64,000 nt of DNA from Octopus vulgaris. Lineage: Eukaryota. The position numbers and the translations under genes are program-made. How positions within the stretch are numbered: the stretch's first letter is position 1; every line of letters starts with the position of its first letter. The notes beneath the pieces are model-generated. The model was not told the origin of the DNA. It was given only the letters and a program-made list of their open reading frames with translations, and made no database searches. Positions 26,716 to 38,794 of this stretch are shown here, one piece after another. The DNA is taken from the NCBI GenBank assembly GCA_951406725.2, contig OX597823.1, forward strand, positions 39,060,001 through 39,124,000, given 5' to 3'.

Positions 26716-26977
26716 TTGATAAAAATGGTAAGACAACAAAAGAAAGAAAGAGACCTCGATATTATGTAAATAGAGGAATTTATCTGTAAATGTAATAAGT
26801 GACAATTATTCAGTAGCCAAGATAAAATTCAAGTTTCGGAAAAATGCTATGTAAAATTAAATTTTTCTGATGGCCGAATAACTGAAGAGATGGCGGCGTG
26901 GATTTTCACCTCGACATCCGAAACTCAGAGTTTTATCATGGCTACCGAATAATTGTCACATATTACAGTTACAGATA
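26716..26977. mobile_element. Penelope-like pseudo-LTR remnant with inverted arms
   Basis: Imperfect inverted repeat (26781-26840 vs 26917-26977) between (TA)n runs, containing a hammerhead-like core. Confidence 0.55.
26878..26936 (+). ncRNA. Degenerate type I hammerhead ribozyme-like motif
   Basis: ATAA-CTGAAGA-[GATG...CATC hairpin]-C-GAAA-CTCAGAG-TT-TTAT. Stem I is ATAA/TTAT and stem III is ACT/AGT. There is one extra base at the stem II base. Confidence 0.5.
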
Positions 26978-27149
26978 TATATATATGTTACAGTATTGAC
27001 TGCACATACCCAATGTATGTGTTTTGCTTCTTTGCCTGTATGCTGCGGTTTAGCATGGTGGTTATGATTCGCTCAAAGCACTGGATCTTAAAACACCTGG
27101 AAATTATAGACAGGCAGGACAACTTACCCCTATATATATAAAGAATCAG

Positions 27150-27575
27150 CTGGGCAAAGTTTTGTTGGTAACAAAAGGCCCCTCCCCCAATGAAAAGCAG
27201 ATGGCAGTGAAACATGGATTGTAACTGCTGAGGATATGTAAAGGCTTGAAATAAATGAAGCCAACATGCTCTGTTGGATGTGTAATATCATTGTACATAT
27301 GTGACAGAATGTAAATGATTTAAGAGGAAAATTTGTATTAGAAGCATCAGATGTAGTGTGCAAGAGAAAAAACTATGTTGGTCTGGTCATGTGGATGAGG
27401 ACAGCTGAATAAAGAAGTGCAGATCACTTATTGTGTAGGGAACCTGCGGAGAAGGCAAACCCAGGAAGACATGGGACAAAGTGGTGAGAAATGATCTGAT
27501 GTTGAGCCTCACAGAGTTGACAAGGGACAGAGATTTCTGGTGATTTGCTGTGCTTGAGGAGACATGCCAAGCTAA
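27150..27575 (+). mobile_element. Degenerate RTE LINE 3' ORF fragment
   Basis: Homologous to 30750-31160 (ggcagtgaaacatgg...aaatgaagc...ggatgtgtaat...gtgcaagaga). Confidence 0.75.
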
Positions 27576-29461
27576 GTCATGGCCATACATACAGGCTTGT
27601 TCTTTAGGGCAATGCACCCCACCTCCCACACATGCATGCATAATCTGTCCTCTGTCAAAACTCACCCACAATCCATCTTCCCAATATTCCATTTCCTGCC
27701 ACCCATGATCCCCACCTAGTGCAGGCCATCTCCACACCCTCATATATCTACTGTACCCCACCCAGTCACTCCAGTTTCTCTAACCATCGCTTGGTCATCA
27801 CCTCTTCACCACTGCTAATATTACCCCTTCACTCTTTTAAAACAACCCCCTTCTGTACCAGTTATATTTCCCTCACTGTACCCTGTGGATAGGTACCCCT
27901 CAGAGCATCCCCAACACTATCTGTTTCTCTAACTCTATCTCTCCTTTCTTTTCCTACTGGGGTTAAAGAGTAAAGACCCCCTTCAGTCATGAATGACTAT
28001 GGGATTGCACCTAGAAAGTTACCCTATGAGGCACAAATCCAGGCCTTGCAAGTTATATTGCAACACCCAATGGTGTTGGTATCACATAAAAAGTACTCAA
28101 TAGACTCTGTAAAGTGATTAGCGTTAGAAAGGGTGTCAAGTCATAGGAACCATGCTAAAGCAGGCAATGGAACCTGGTACATCTCTGGTTTGCCAGTTCC
28201 TGTCAAACCATTCAACCCATACCAGCATGGAAGATGGACATTAATTGATGATGATGATGATATGTGTATTTGTGTCTGTTTGTTTGTACTCACCATTACC
28301 ACTTAACAATCAGTGTCTGTTTCTTTACCTCCCTATAACTTAGCTGTTTGGCAGAAGAAACCAATAGATTAAGTATCAGACTTTAAAAAACACACACATA
28401 CACATAAGTACTGAGGTTGACTTGTTCAACTAAATCCTTCAAGGTGGTATCCCAGCATGGCCACAGTCCAATGACTGAAACATGTAAAAGAAAAAAAATA
28501 CAAATGATGTAGTTTGTTATGCTTTTCATTAAATATCAAATAGTTATAACACTAAGACAACAGGTATTGAGTCTTGCATGGTGTATAGGATGTCAGTAGC
28601 GATTTGACTTTAGTAAAAAGAATGATTGGTGTCTTTAACTTAGTTTTAAAACAAAGCAATGATATTTCTATTGTTTAGCTTTTACTGTATTATGTTGAGT
28701 GTATTTCCAGGATGTCATGCTTTCAAACTCAAGTGGGTTCCTATTTCCTGCATGATGCTTCTTAGAAAATATATCACACCCAGAACAAACATGCATTGCA
28801 TTGTCAGCTAAATTCATTCGTTTTCTTCACTTGGCACTCCATCATCATCATCATCATCATGTCAAAGAAGATTTATTGAAACATTAAAAGCAATATACAA
28901 TAGGATATTTTCTGTTTGGCTGCACCTATGGAAACTTCAAACTTAAGTGAAAATTTTAAAATTTCGTGTATTGATGAATCAGTGATAAAAACATGTGATT
29001 TAGTAAAACCTGCTTCAGCTGACGAAATCACAAAGTTATGTTTTGTAATTAAATAATGTTAATCTATGCAAAAATGTTGACTCACTTCCACTGACTGACT
29101 ACATAGACTGTATCTGTGGCCAGTTTCTTTCTTGTCCATTACACAATGTTGACTTAGAGTCATTCATTCATTCATAGAAATTATTCACTTCCGATGAATA
29201 AATTTTCAATCTTTTTCTTTATTTTGCAGTGAAACTCTAGCTTCAGGGAATAACAAAGTTCTAGGTGGATATGTTATGACTGGGTGTGTGTATGTGTATT
29301 TTTGTAACAAGTGTGGATGTAGTAATTGTACATACATACATACACACAAACACACATACGCACGTACACACCAGGCATACATACATACAAACATACATAC
29401 AGACAGACACACACACACACACACACACACATACATACATACATTCATACATACATACAAT

Positions 29462-31562
29462 GTACTTCTCTTTCGGTATGAAAGACTGCTGAACGTGGAG
29501 AATTAATGGGAGGAGGAAAGCCTGCCAAATGTTGACCCAATTGAGGGACCAGCTATCCAAATAGACAGCACCTTGGTAGACAAAGCAATTAAGGGTATGA
29601 AGCCAGGAAAAACCCCCGGCCCATCAGGAATCACTGCTGAGATACTTAGAACATTTGGTGGTGTGGATTATGACCTAGTCACCCATATTGTAAACCAGGT
29701 AGTTCATGATGGAGTCATACCCATGACTCGTGTAGCAGCACCATAGTCAACTGCTACAAGGGTAAAGGTGATGCTTTAGATAGAAATAACTACAGGGGTG
29801 TCAAACTGCTGGATCAGGTGATGAAGGTTACGGAGAGGATCATAGCCCAACTAATTAGGGAGAGAGTCTGCTTAGGTGAGATGCAGTTCGGTTTTGTGCC
29901 AGGTAGAAGCACCACTGATGCTATATTCCTGGTATGGAAACTGCAGGAGAAATACCTAGCTAAAGATAAACCCCTATACTTGGCATTTGTAGACATGGAG
30001 AAATCCTTATCTGGTGAGCGATGCAGAAACTGGGGATTGACAAATGGTTAATAAGGGCTTTACAGGCCCTATTCAGAGATGACATTAGTAAGGTTAGGGT
30101 TGGTAATGAGTATAGTGAAGAATTTCAGGTAGAAGTAGGGGTCCACCAAGGATCAGCTCGCAGTCCCCTTTTATTCATCATAGTCCTCCAAGCAATAACA
30201 GAGGAATTGAAGACAGGTTGCCCCTGGGAGCTCCTCTATGCTGATGACATAGCTCTCATAGCAGAATCATTACCAGAGCTAGAGAAGAAATTTCAGATGT
30301 GGAAGCAAGGTTTAGAATCAAAGGGCCTTAGAGTCAATGTTGCAAAGACCAAAATTCTAGTAAGTAGGAAGGCAAACACATCACACACACCTTCACACCC
30401 TGCTCAATCTGTAGAAAAGGTAGGTAGAACCTCCATAAGATGAACCCAGTGTAAGTTATGGACACATAAGAGGTGCAGCAACATCAAAGGAAGATTAACC
30501 GGAAGATAGCATATTCATGTGCGGCAGATGCACAGGGGCAATAAACACCACAAGATGCTCAGAAAACAAATTTCATCACATGCCAGGGGAGAAACTAAAA
30601 GTAGTTGATAGCTTTCACTACCTAGGTGACCAAGTCTGTAGTGTGGGTGGATGCTCAGAGAGTGTTACCACTAGAATAAGAATAGCCTGGGCAAAGTTCA
30701 GAAAGCTTCTACCCCTACTAGTGACAAAGGACCTCTCGCTCAAGTTGAAAGGTAGATTGTACAATGCATGTGTGTGAAGTGCCATGCTTCACGGCAGTGA
30801 AACATAGGCCGTGACTGCTGAAGACATGTGTAGACTCAAAAGAAATGAAGCTAGCATGATCCACTGGATGTGTAATGTCAGTGTGAACACATGGCAGAGT
30901 GTAAGCGCCCTGAGAGAAATGTTGGACATAAGAAGCATCAGATGTGGTGTGCAAGAGAGACGTTTGTGTTGGTATGGTCATGTACTATGGATGGATGAAG
31001 AGAGCTGTGTGAAGAAGTGCCACTTCCAAACAGTTGAAGGAGACCCAGGAAGACGGGATGAGGTAATGAAGCATGGCCTTCAAATGCTGGGCCTCACAGA
31101 GACAATGATGAAAGACCAAAACCTCTGGAGATATGCTGTGACTGAGAAGACCCAGCAAATAAAGTGAGTTCACAGCTGTAACCTATACCAGTGTCACATA
31201 ACCAGCACACATAAAAGTACCTTGGATCGTAGGGCGACATGCTATGCTTGAGGAGACCTATTGAGTCAACTACATCAAAATCAAAATCAAATGGAAATTG
31301 TAGTTGTGATCCCCATGTCAGTAGCATGTAAAAAGCACCAACCAATCGTGGTTGTTGCCAGCCTCCTCTGGCCCCTGTGCTGATGGCACGTAAAAAACAC
31401 CCACTACACCCTCTGAGTGGTTGGTATTACGAAGGGCATCAAGCTGTAGAAACACTGCCAGATCAGACTGGAGCCTGGTGCAGCCTCTTGGCTTCCCAGA
31501 CCCTGCTCGAACCATCCAACTCATGCTAGCATGGAAAACAGACCTTAAACAATGATGATGAT
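29462..31562 (+). mobile_element. 5'-truncated RTE-clade LINE (disrupted RT, 3' UTR, (GAT)n tail)
   Basis: RT motifs QFGFVPGRSTTDAIF, LYLAFVDMEK, GVHQGS..SPLLF, ELLYADD, FHYLG, RL.WYGHV. It has frameshifts and stops, and ends catgctagcatggaaa...gatgatgat. Confidence 0.92.
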
Positions 31563-32049
31563 ATATTTTGTTTTTTTATTTGGTTTGCAAGACACTTTAT
31601 ATAAATTCGTGTGTTGAAGCATATTTTGTTGTGTCTGGGGAGAGTCATTCTGTTTTAATTAACACACTGGTACAATTTCCACTCATCTATATTTTTTTTC
31701 CTAAAATTTTCGTTGCTTCTCGCAACCTCTTCAATAAGTTGTTGACTCTGTTATTGGAGAAGTGTGTGGTGCAATTAAGTAACAGTTGTCTGTATGTGGG
31801 TGTCTGTGTCTGTGTGTGTACTTGTGTGTGCACGTGTATGCCAAAAGTATGTGAGTGGTGTTAAGTTCAGTTGGAGGGAAAAAAATCTAGTGGCTTGAAA
31901 CTCAATCTGACTTTATGATATATGTACTCTTGACTAATTTTCTGGATATTATTTGATGAAGGGTTTGTTTAGTACCTAAATTACAATTAAGTTGAATATG
32001 GGGTCATTACAATTTGGAAGGGGGCTTTCAAAATTCTTTATGTAACTTC

Positions 32050-32480
32050 ATTTAGCCTCTCTTTCTTATTCTTTCTCTCTCATCTCTCTCTGTCTGTCTT
32101 TTCTTTCTCCCTCTCTCTCTCTCTCTTTCCCCTTTCTTTTCTCTCCCTCATTTCCTCTCTGACTTTCTCCTCCTATCTCACCCCATTTCTCCCTTTTCTC
32201 TCTTTCTCCTTCTCTCTCGCCTCTTTTTCTCTTTCTTTTCCCATTTGTCTTTCTTCCTCTCTTCCTCATCATCCGCTGTCTTTTTCTTCTTTCTCTCCTC
32301 TTCTTCATCTTTCTCCCTCTCCCTTTTTCTCATCCTTTCTCTCTTTCATTCCCCTCTGTCTTTCTTCTTACCTTCCTCATCATACTCTGCCTTTCTCTTC
32401 TTTCTTTCCTCTTCTCGATATTTCTCCCACCCTCTTTTTCTCCCCTTCTCCTTATCTCTCTGCGCTCTCTGTCTCAATCT
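32050..32480. repeat. CT-rich low-complexity tract
   Basis: About 430 bp that is almost entirely pyrimidine on the + strand. Confidence 0.9.
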
Positions 32481-33479
32481 GACCTAAAAAAATGAAATTC
32501 CCCATCCAGTCACTAATCTCGACCACTTTACCACTTCTACACTGCAGCCACCACCTACAAGAGTACCTCCTCCATACAAACTCTACATGGAGTCCTTTAA
32601 GTGATCATCCAACATGCTTGAAATAACGGCCAAACTACACTCTACTATTAAAAATAAAATACAAGACACTAAACATTTTTGAAAATGGGATGGTCATGGC
32701 TGGAACCTATGTATACTAGAACTGCTACCACCAGCATAACCACCACTACAACTAATTTCTGTAGCACTTTTATTGACTTTAAACATTAAACAAAATGGCA
32801 AGGAGCTCAACAAATATAAATTTGACCATCTTTAGTTTAATAATGATTTCTTTGGTAGCTCTTCCAGACATTGAGGGAAGCCAATATTATTTTGCTTTTT
32901 TATGTAGATTTGTAAAACAGTTTTTATTTTAACCTGTTTTTAAGTGCCTCCCTTTCTAGTTTTAGTTTAGCCCATGTATAAGTTGCTCCCAGTGAAGGTG
33001 CATGGCTAAGTGGTTAGGGGCTTTCAGTTCATAGTCGAAAGGGCATGAGTTCATTTTTTTTATATGTAGATTTGGAAAACAGTTTTTATTTTATTTTATT
33101 TTATTTTTAAATGACATATAGCATTAAGAAACCCTACGGAGAGATGAACAGCTGTAGGTCTTCAGAGAAGAAGTACCCCCACCTTATCCATGGAAGTGTC
33201 TCAGCTCTTAACTCTTTGTATAAAAGGGACCCACTGCATCCAATTTTTGACTCCTGGATGCTCTGCTCTTGTCCCATTCTGTACACTAGCATAGCTAGAG
33301 ATGGACAGAGGGTGTGGTCTGGCACTTTTATGGGGATAGCACCACTTTTGGGTTTGCTGTAGGCAATATGTATTTTTTGTGGGGGCCTGGAGGGACGGTG
33401 GCAAACTGAAAGATAGCATATAATCTAGCTAAACTAGTGATTCTGCACCACCCACTCTCTTCATTGCAACTGTCCTGGA

Positions 33480-33745
33480 TAGTTAAGGTATCCCAGGGCC
33501 AAAGTACCTTGGTTGTTGTAACAAGTTCAGTCTGAAAAGCTTGTTAACTGTGGAGTAGAATATGTTTTTTGAAATTTCCTTACATTCCTCCTTCACCGGA
33601 TCCAGCTGGAAGTTTCCTCAGCTGCTTCAGTCATTGCCTTAAAAGCTCTGCATTTCTTTTCTTCCAGAAAGTCAATGACTCCTAGCATGTGTCTGTGTTG
33701 CTTTATTTGGTAAATTCTGGATTAAATAAACTCAACAGGATATCA
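33480..33745 (-). mobile_element. 3' remnant of an RLE-type non-LTR element, possibly Hero clade
   Basis: The minus strand reads YPVE...LSGRKEMQRAFKAMTEAAEETSSWI.*RR, resembling the PVEVG...AE..S.W.W.R ORF terminus of Hero-type elements. Confidence 0.45.
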
Positions 33746-33845
33746 AAGAACAATGAAGAGATTCAATGGACGAAAACATTCCAGATAGTGTCCTCTTCCT
33801 GTTACTGCTGCTGCCTCTGTCTTTTCTATTGTGTACTTTTCCTCT

Positions 33846-34011
33846 ATGTATTGTCATTGTCATCGTCATCATCATCATCATCATCGTTGTTGTTGTTGAC
33901 ATCATGATCATCTTCCTCCTCATCATTATCGTTACTGTTGTTGTTGTCATCATCATTATCGTTACTGTTGTTGTTGTCATCATCATCATTATCACAATCA
34001 TCTTCAACATT

Positions 34012-34043
<32 letters not shown>

Positions 34044-34221
34044 TCTCATCATTTTCTTCTTCATAATTATCATTAATGTCATTGTCACCTTTGTCATTGT
34101 CATCGTCATCATCATCATCATCATCATCATTGTCATTATTATCATTATCATCATCATCATCCTCATTATAATCATTGTCATCATCATCATCATCATCGAC
34201 GTAAACATTATTATCATCATC
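33846..34221. repeat. Compound (CAT/ATC)n trinucleotide microsatellite
   Basis: Read directly. It explains the poly-D/I/M ORFs. Confidence 0.95.
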
Positions 34222-34419
34222 CACTTTTCTATGCCAACACGGGTCAAACATTTAGGCAAATTTTCTATGATTGGATGCTCTTCCTGTTGCCAACTCTCAC
34301 CAGTTTTCAAGTGTTTCCAAGTTAGGTAAAATTTTTCCATGACTAGACATGTTTGTATAGAAGATCAGAAATAAAGGGTACCTATTGTATGACAGTGACA
34401 CTCAATTTGGCAAAGAAAC

Positions 34420-34860
34420 ATGCACATACACACATACCTATGGGTTTTTTTCAGTTTCCATCAACCATTCTATTCACAAGGCTTTGGTCAGTCAGGAGCT
34501 ATCATAGAAGACATTTGCTCAATGTGCCATGCAGTGGGACTGAACCTAAAATCATGTGGTTGAGAAGTAAACTTCTTACCACACAGCCACGCCTACATCT
34601 ATAAAGAGAAAGAAATTCTCTTAAAGTAATCCCCATTATATTGGTTTCAAATTGTGGCACAAGGCCAGCAATTTCCAGTGAGTGGGGATAGTCGATTATA
34701 TTGATCTCAGTATTCAATAGGTATTTATTTTATCGACCCTGAAAGGATGAAAGACAAAGCTGACCTCAAGGCAACTTGAACTTAGAATGTAAAAATAGAT
34801 GAAATACTGCTAAGCATTTTGTCTGGTGTGCTAATGATTGTGCCAACTTGCTGCTTTAGT
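34420..34860 (-). mobile_element. SINE family A 5' half (about 34420-34600) and family B copy (about 34640-34860)
   Basis: Reverse-complement matches to both family consensus motifs. Confidence 0.75.
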
Positions 34861-35581
34861 AATCTTCATTATATTAGCACAAAGTGCTATTTGCATAATT
34901 CTGTGCTTTGGCAATGATACCAACCCATATCTCCCAGATCTGGCATATGGCATTATTGCTTAAATGCGAGATAGCTGAGTGGTTTGTTATGATTGTACTA
35001 GTATGGTCATATGATGCGTATGGTTGAAGAGGGCTGCATAAACAAGTGCTGATCCCTAAATGTCCAGGGAACCTATGGAAGAGGAAGACCTAGGAAGATG
35101 TGATGAGAAATGATTTTCAGATGTTGAGCCTCACAAAGGACTAAGATGATTCGAAATTTGTGCTTGAGAAGACACATCAGGCTAAGTAAAATCAAGGCAA
35201 TAAAGTTACATCTTTTATGTTCATGCCGATGACAGCCCCTTCCCCCATAACCCAAATACCTCTCTCATTTAACAACAGCAATATAGGAATCTCAAATGGA
35301 TGCAACTTTAGGACATTTTTCTATAACGTGATTGTAAATTTTATTGTGCAAGAGCCTAAAGATTAGTATGACTTTGCCGATCCTTTAAACAGTATTTAAA
35401 TGAAAACTTATAATTATATAACTCAGATTTCAATTTTGTTTTGCAAGCTCCTGTATAATATTGTTTTTTATCATATGTTCTTACAGAGAGCATCCATGCT
35501 CCATGCTGGCATGGGTTGGGTGGTTTGACAGGATCTGATGGTCCCATCAGACTGCTCTGTGCTCCAATGATTTGTTTTAGC

Positions 35582-36485
35582 ATAAAAGGCCTCTCACTCA
35601 TAGTAAAAGGCAGACTGTATGATGCATGTGTACGTACAGCCATGCTACATGGTAGTGAAACATGGGCTGTGACTGCTGAGGATATGCGTAAGCTCGCAAG
35701 AAATGAAGCCAGTATGCTCTGATGGATGTGTAATGTCAGTGTTCATAATCGACAGAGTGTAAGTACCTTGAGAGAAAAGTTGGACCTAAGAAGCATCAGT
35801 TGTGGTGTGCAAGAGAGACGTTTGCACTGGTATGTTCATGTGACGAGAATGGCTGAAGATAGTTGTGTGCAAAAGTGCCACACCCTAGCAGTTGAGGGAA
35901 CCTGTGGAAGAGGTAGACCCAGGAAAACCTGGGACGAGGTGGTGAAGCACGACCTTCGAACTTTAGGTCTCACCAAGGAAATGACTAGAGACCGAGACCT
36001 ATGGAAGTATGCTGTGCGTGAGAAGACCCGACAAGACTAGTGAGACCATAACCCGTGGCCTCTACCTGGTATGTAGCCAGTTGACTTATACATAGCTTTC
36101 CTTCTTGGGACACAAAACTCCACTTGTGAAGACCCGTTGAGGCAAGTGAAAATCAAAGTCAAAATCAAACCAAATCAAATCAGATATCAGAAAGCAGAAC
36201 CAAAATCGAAGTTGATCAACATCAATGGAAATTGCAGCTGTGATACCTGTGCCGGTGACAAGTAAGCAAACCATCCGATCGTGGCCGTTGCCAGCGCCGC
36301 CCCGACTGGCCTCTGTGCCAGTGGCACGTAAAAAGTACCCACTACACTCATGGAGTGGTTGGCATTAGGAAGGGCATCCAGTCGTAGAAACACTGCCAGA
36401 TCAGACTGGACCTGATGCAGCCTTCTGGCTTCACAGACCCCAGTTGAACCGTCCAACCCATGCTAACATGGAAAGCGGATGCTAA

Positions 36486-36522
<37 letters not shown>
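35582..36522 (+). mobile_element. RTE LINE 3' portion with (GAT)n tail
   Basis: KGRLYDACVRTAMLHGSETW...GRGRPRKTW, then the same 3' UTR as the 29462 copy. Confidence 0.92.
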
Positions 36523-36524
<2 letters not shown>

Positions 36525-37719
36525 AATACCAATCACTTTACAGAGTGTATTGGATGCTTTTTTCACGCCACCAGCACCATTCAAGTCACTATGCAGCTTG
36601 CTGGACTTAAAAGTCTGAGTGGTTAGGGGAAAGTTTTATGCTCAGAGAATAAGGAGTTGACAGGAATAAAGCATGAGAGAAACGGTTGGATCAAAACAGG
36701 TTTCTCATTGCAGAGAAATGCCAGGACTACTCAGAACACAACGAGCTAGAAGCAATGACACTGAGCATTTTGTCTGCTATGCTATTCTTTTTAATTTAGG
36801 CATAAAGTCAATAATTTTGAAGGGATAAGTTTAGTCAATTCCATCAACCCAGTACTTGAAAGGTTCTTTATTTTAGTACTTTATTAAATCAACACCTAAA
36901 GGGATGAAAAATATAGTTGATGATAGCAAGATTTGGACTCAGAATGTAAAGAGTTAAAAGGAATACTGTAAGGCATTCTATTCAACACCCTAATAATTCT
37001 TGAATCTCAATAATAATAATAATGGTTTCTAACCTTGGTATGATAACCTTCAGTATTTGGTAGGGACCTGTATTATTTACATTAAAATAGTGAAAGACGA
37101 AGTCAACCATATACACGTGTGCGCACACACACACACACACACACATAATACATAAAAATGTGAAGTTCAACCTTGCTTGCTTGCAATGTTACACAGCCAA
37201 ACTGGTGAATAATGGGAAAATATTTTGAAAGTAAAGTACCTCTGGAATGTGAATATGAATGGAATAAAGCAATTTTTGCATAAATCAGACCAGAAGTTAT
37301 TGAGATATACAGGGTTTTGGGGTATAAATACCCAAAACGGCGCAATATGGGAAAATACTCTGAAAATAACTTAATCCTGAAAGGGAAGAAACTCTGACCT
37401 TTCCAATAGACACATTATAATGGGTAAAATACTTTTCAATGAAAATGACTTAAAAAATATGGTAAATATTTTGTAAAAGACCCGTTTGTAATCTCAGTGT
37501 GAAATAGATTTTTCCATAGGTTTCTTTCGAGTGCATTCAACATATTTCACCTCCAAAGATTTGGCTGCTACTTCTAGCATGCCCTGCTACCACGTAACTG
37601 CTATTTGCGATAAAGAACCCGAAATACCTGTTATGTTGTAGCAGGGCATGCAGAAATAGCAGCCAAAAATTTCCTTTTCTAGGCAAAGGAGCCGTTTACT
37701 TGTGATGGTACGATATATA

Positions 37720-38035
37720 GCGTCGAGCTTACGATTGTGAGGTTGTGAGCTCGAATCCCGGACCGGGCTGCGTGTTGTATTCTCGAGCAAAACACTTTAT
37801 TTCACGTTGCTCCAGTTCACTCAGCTGTAGAAATGAGTTGCGACGTCACTGGTTCCAAGCTGTATCGACCTTTGTCTTTCCCTTGGATAACACTGGTGGC
37901 GTGGAGAGGGGAGGCTGGTATGCATGGGCGACTGCTGGTCTTCCATAAACAACCTTGACCGGACTTGTGTCTAGGAGGGTAACTTTCTAGGTGCAATCCC
38001 ATGGTCATTCATGACCGAAGGGGGTCTTTACCCTC
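37720..38035 (+). mobile_element. tRNA-derived SINE family C with a CORE-like segment
   Basis: B-box-like gagctcgaatccc, then gagcaaaacacttt...ttcactcagctgtagaaatgag. Related copies lie at about 23490-23730, 26370-26530, 27960-28045 and 48085-48390. Confidence 0.7.
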
Positions 38036-38037
38036 TT

Positions 38038-38040
<3 letters not shown>

Positions 38041-38072
<32 letters not shown>

Positions 38073-38324
38073 TAGACTACCTGTGACCCATTGTGTCACT
38101 GGAGAAGTCTGAGTTTCCCAGCAGTGGAGTTTTGTTTCATAGTGCTTCTCTCTCTTCTCTCTCTTTTCCTTCAGTTGTCACATCCTCAGTGATTTCAATG
38201 TCGCATCCATTGAAAGCATGTGAAATAACATAGAAAACAACAAAAAAAAAAAACCTATGAAACAAAACTCCACTGCTGGGAAACTCAGACTTCTCCAGTG
38301 ACACAATGGGTCACAGGTAGTCTA

Positions 38325-38356
<32 letters not shown>
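38041..38356. repeat. Perfect 102-bp inverted repeat with 112-bp spacer
   Basis: 38041-38142 is the exact reverse complement of 38255-38356, including the (AT)8 and GT-run lengths. Confidence 0.95.
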
Positions 38357-38763
38357 CGTACCACCACTGCTTATATCACTCTGAGATATTTAGAAATTTA
38401 ATATTTCTATTTTTTGTGATCAGTGGATTTATTTCACTGGAATTATATATGTTTACAAGGTCTAGACAGGCATCTGCAGCTAGCAGGCCATACTACTTCA
38501 GACTGATGACGAGCAAGACTCAGAAACATGTCTCTAAATGCAGGCTTAGCTGGATGGGGGTGCTTGTCTCCCCCTTACAAACATAAGGACACAAGAAATG
38601 TGTCAAGGCCGACAGGAAGCGTTGATGCTTCCTAGGGCTAAATAGCAGTGGTCTGATTCCCTTTATGGGACTGTCATGCTAAGTTGACAGTATACAACTG
38701 CTCTATCATACCACCACTGCTTATATCTCTCTGAGATATTTAGAAATTTAATATTTCTATTTT
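38357..38763 (+). mobile_element. Non-coding Penelope-like/retrozyme-like unit with terminal direct repeats
   Basis: A direct repeat of about 55 bp (taccaccactgcttatatc.ctctgagatatttagaaatttaatatttctatttt) at 38359 and 38709 brackets a minimal hammerhead motif. The unit is flanked by (TA)n. Confidence 0.6.
38497..38538 (+). ncRNA. Minimal type I hammerhead ribozyme-like motif
   Basis: ttcAGA-CTGATGA-cGAG caaga CTCa-GAAA-CATG-TC|TCTaaa. The core is intact, stem III is the palindrome ACATGT, and the predicted GUC cut is after 38532. There is a C.A mismatch at the stem II base. Confidence 0.65.
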
Positions 38764-38794
38764 ATATATATGTAAATGTGCATCTCTATATCTA

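Noticed and set aside
33732-34340. Poly-Asp, poly-Ile and poly-Met ORFs (also 58625-58989 and many HT/YI/VC ORFs)
   Set aside because: They are translations of microsatellites with no splice or homology support.
37720-37770. tRNA genes at SINE heads (also 41250-41321 and 32995-33055)
   Set aside because: They have A/B-box similarity but no complete cloverleaf, and they continue into SINE bodies or are truncated.
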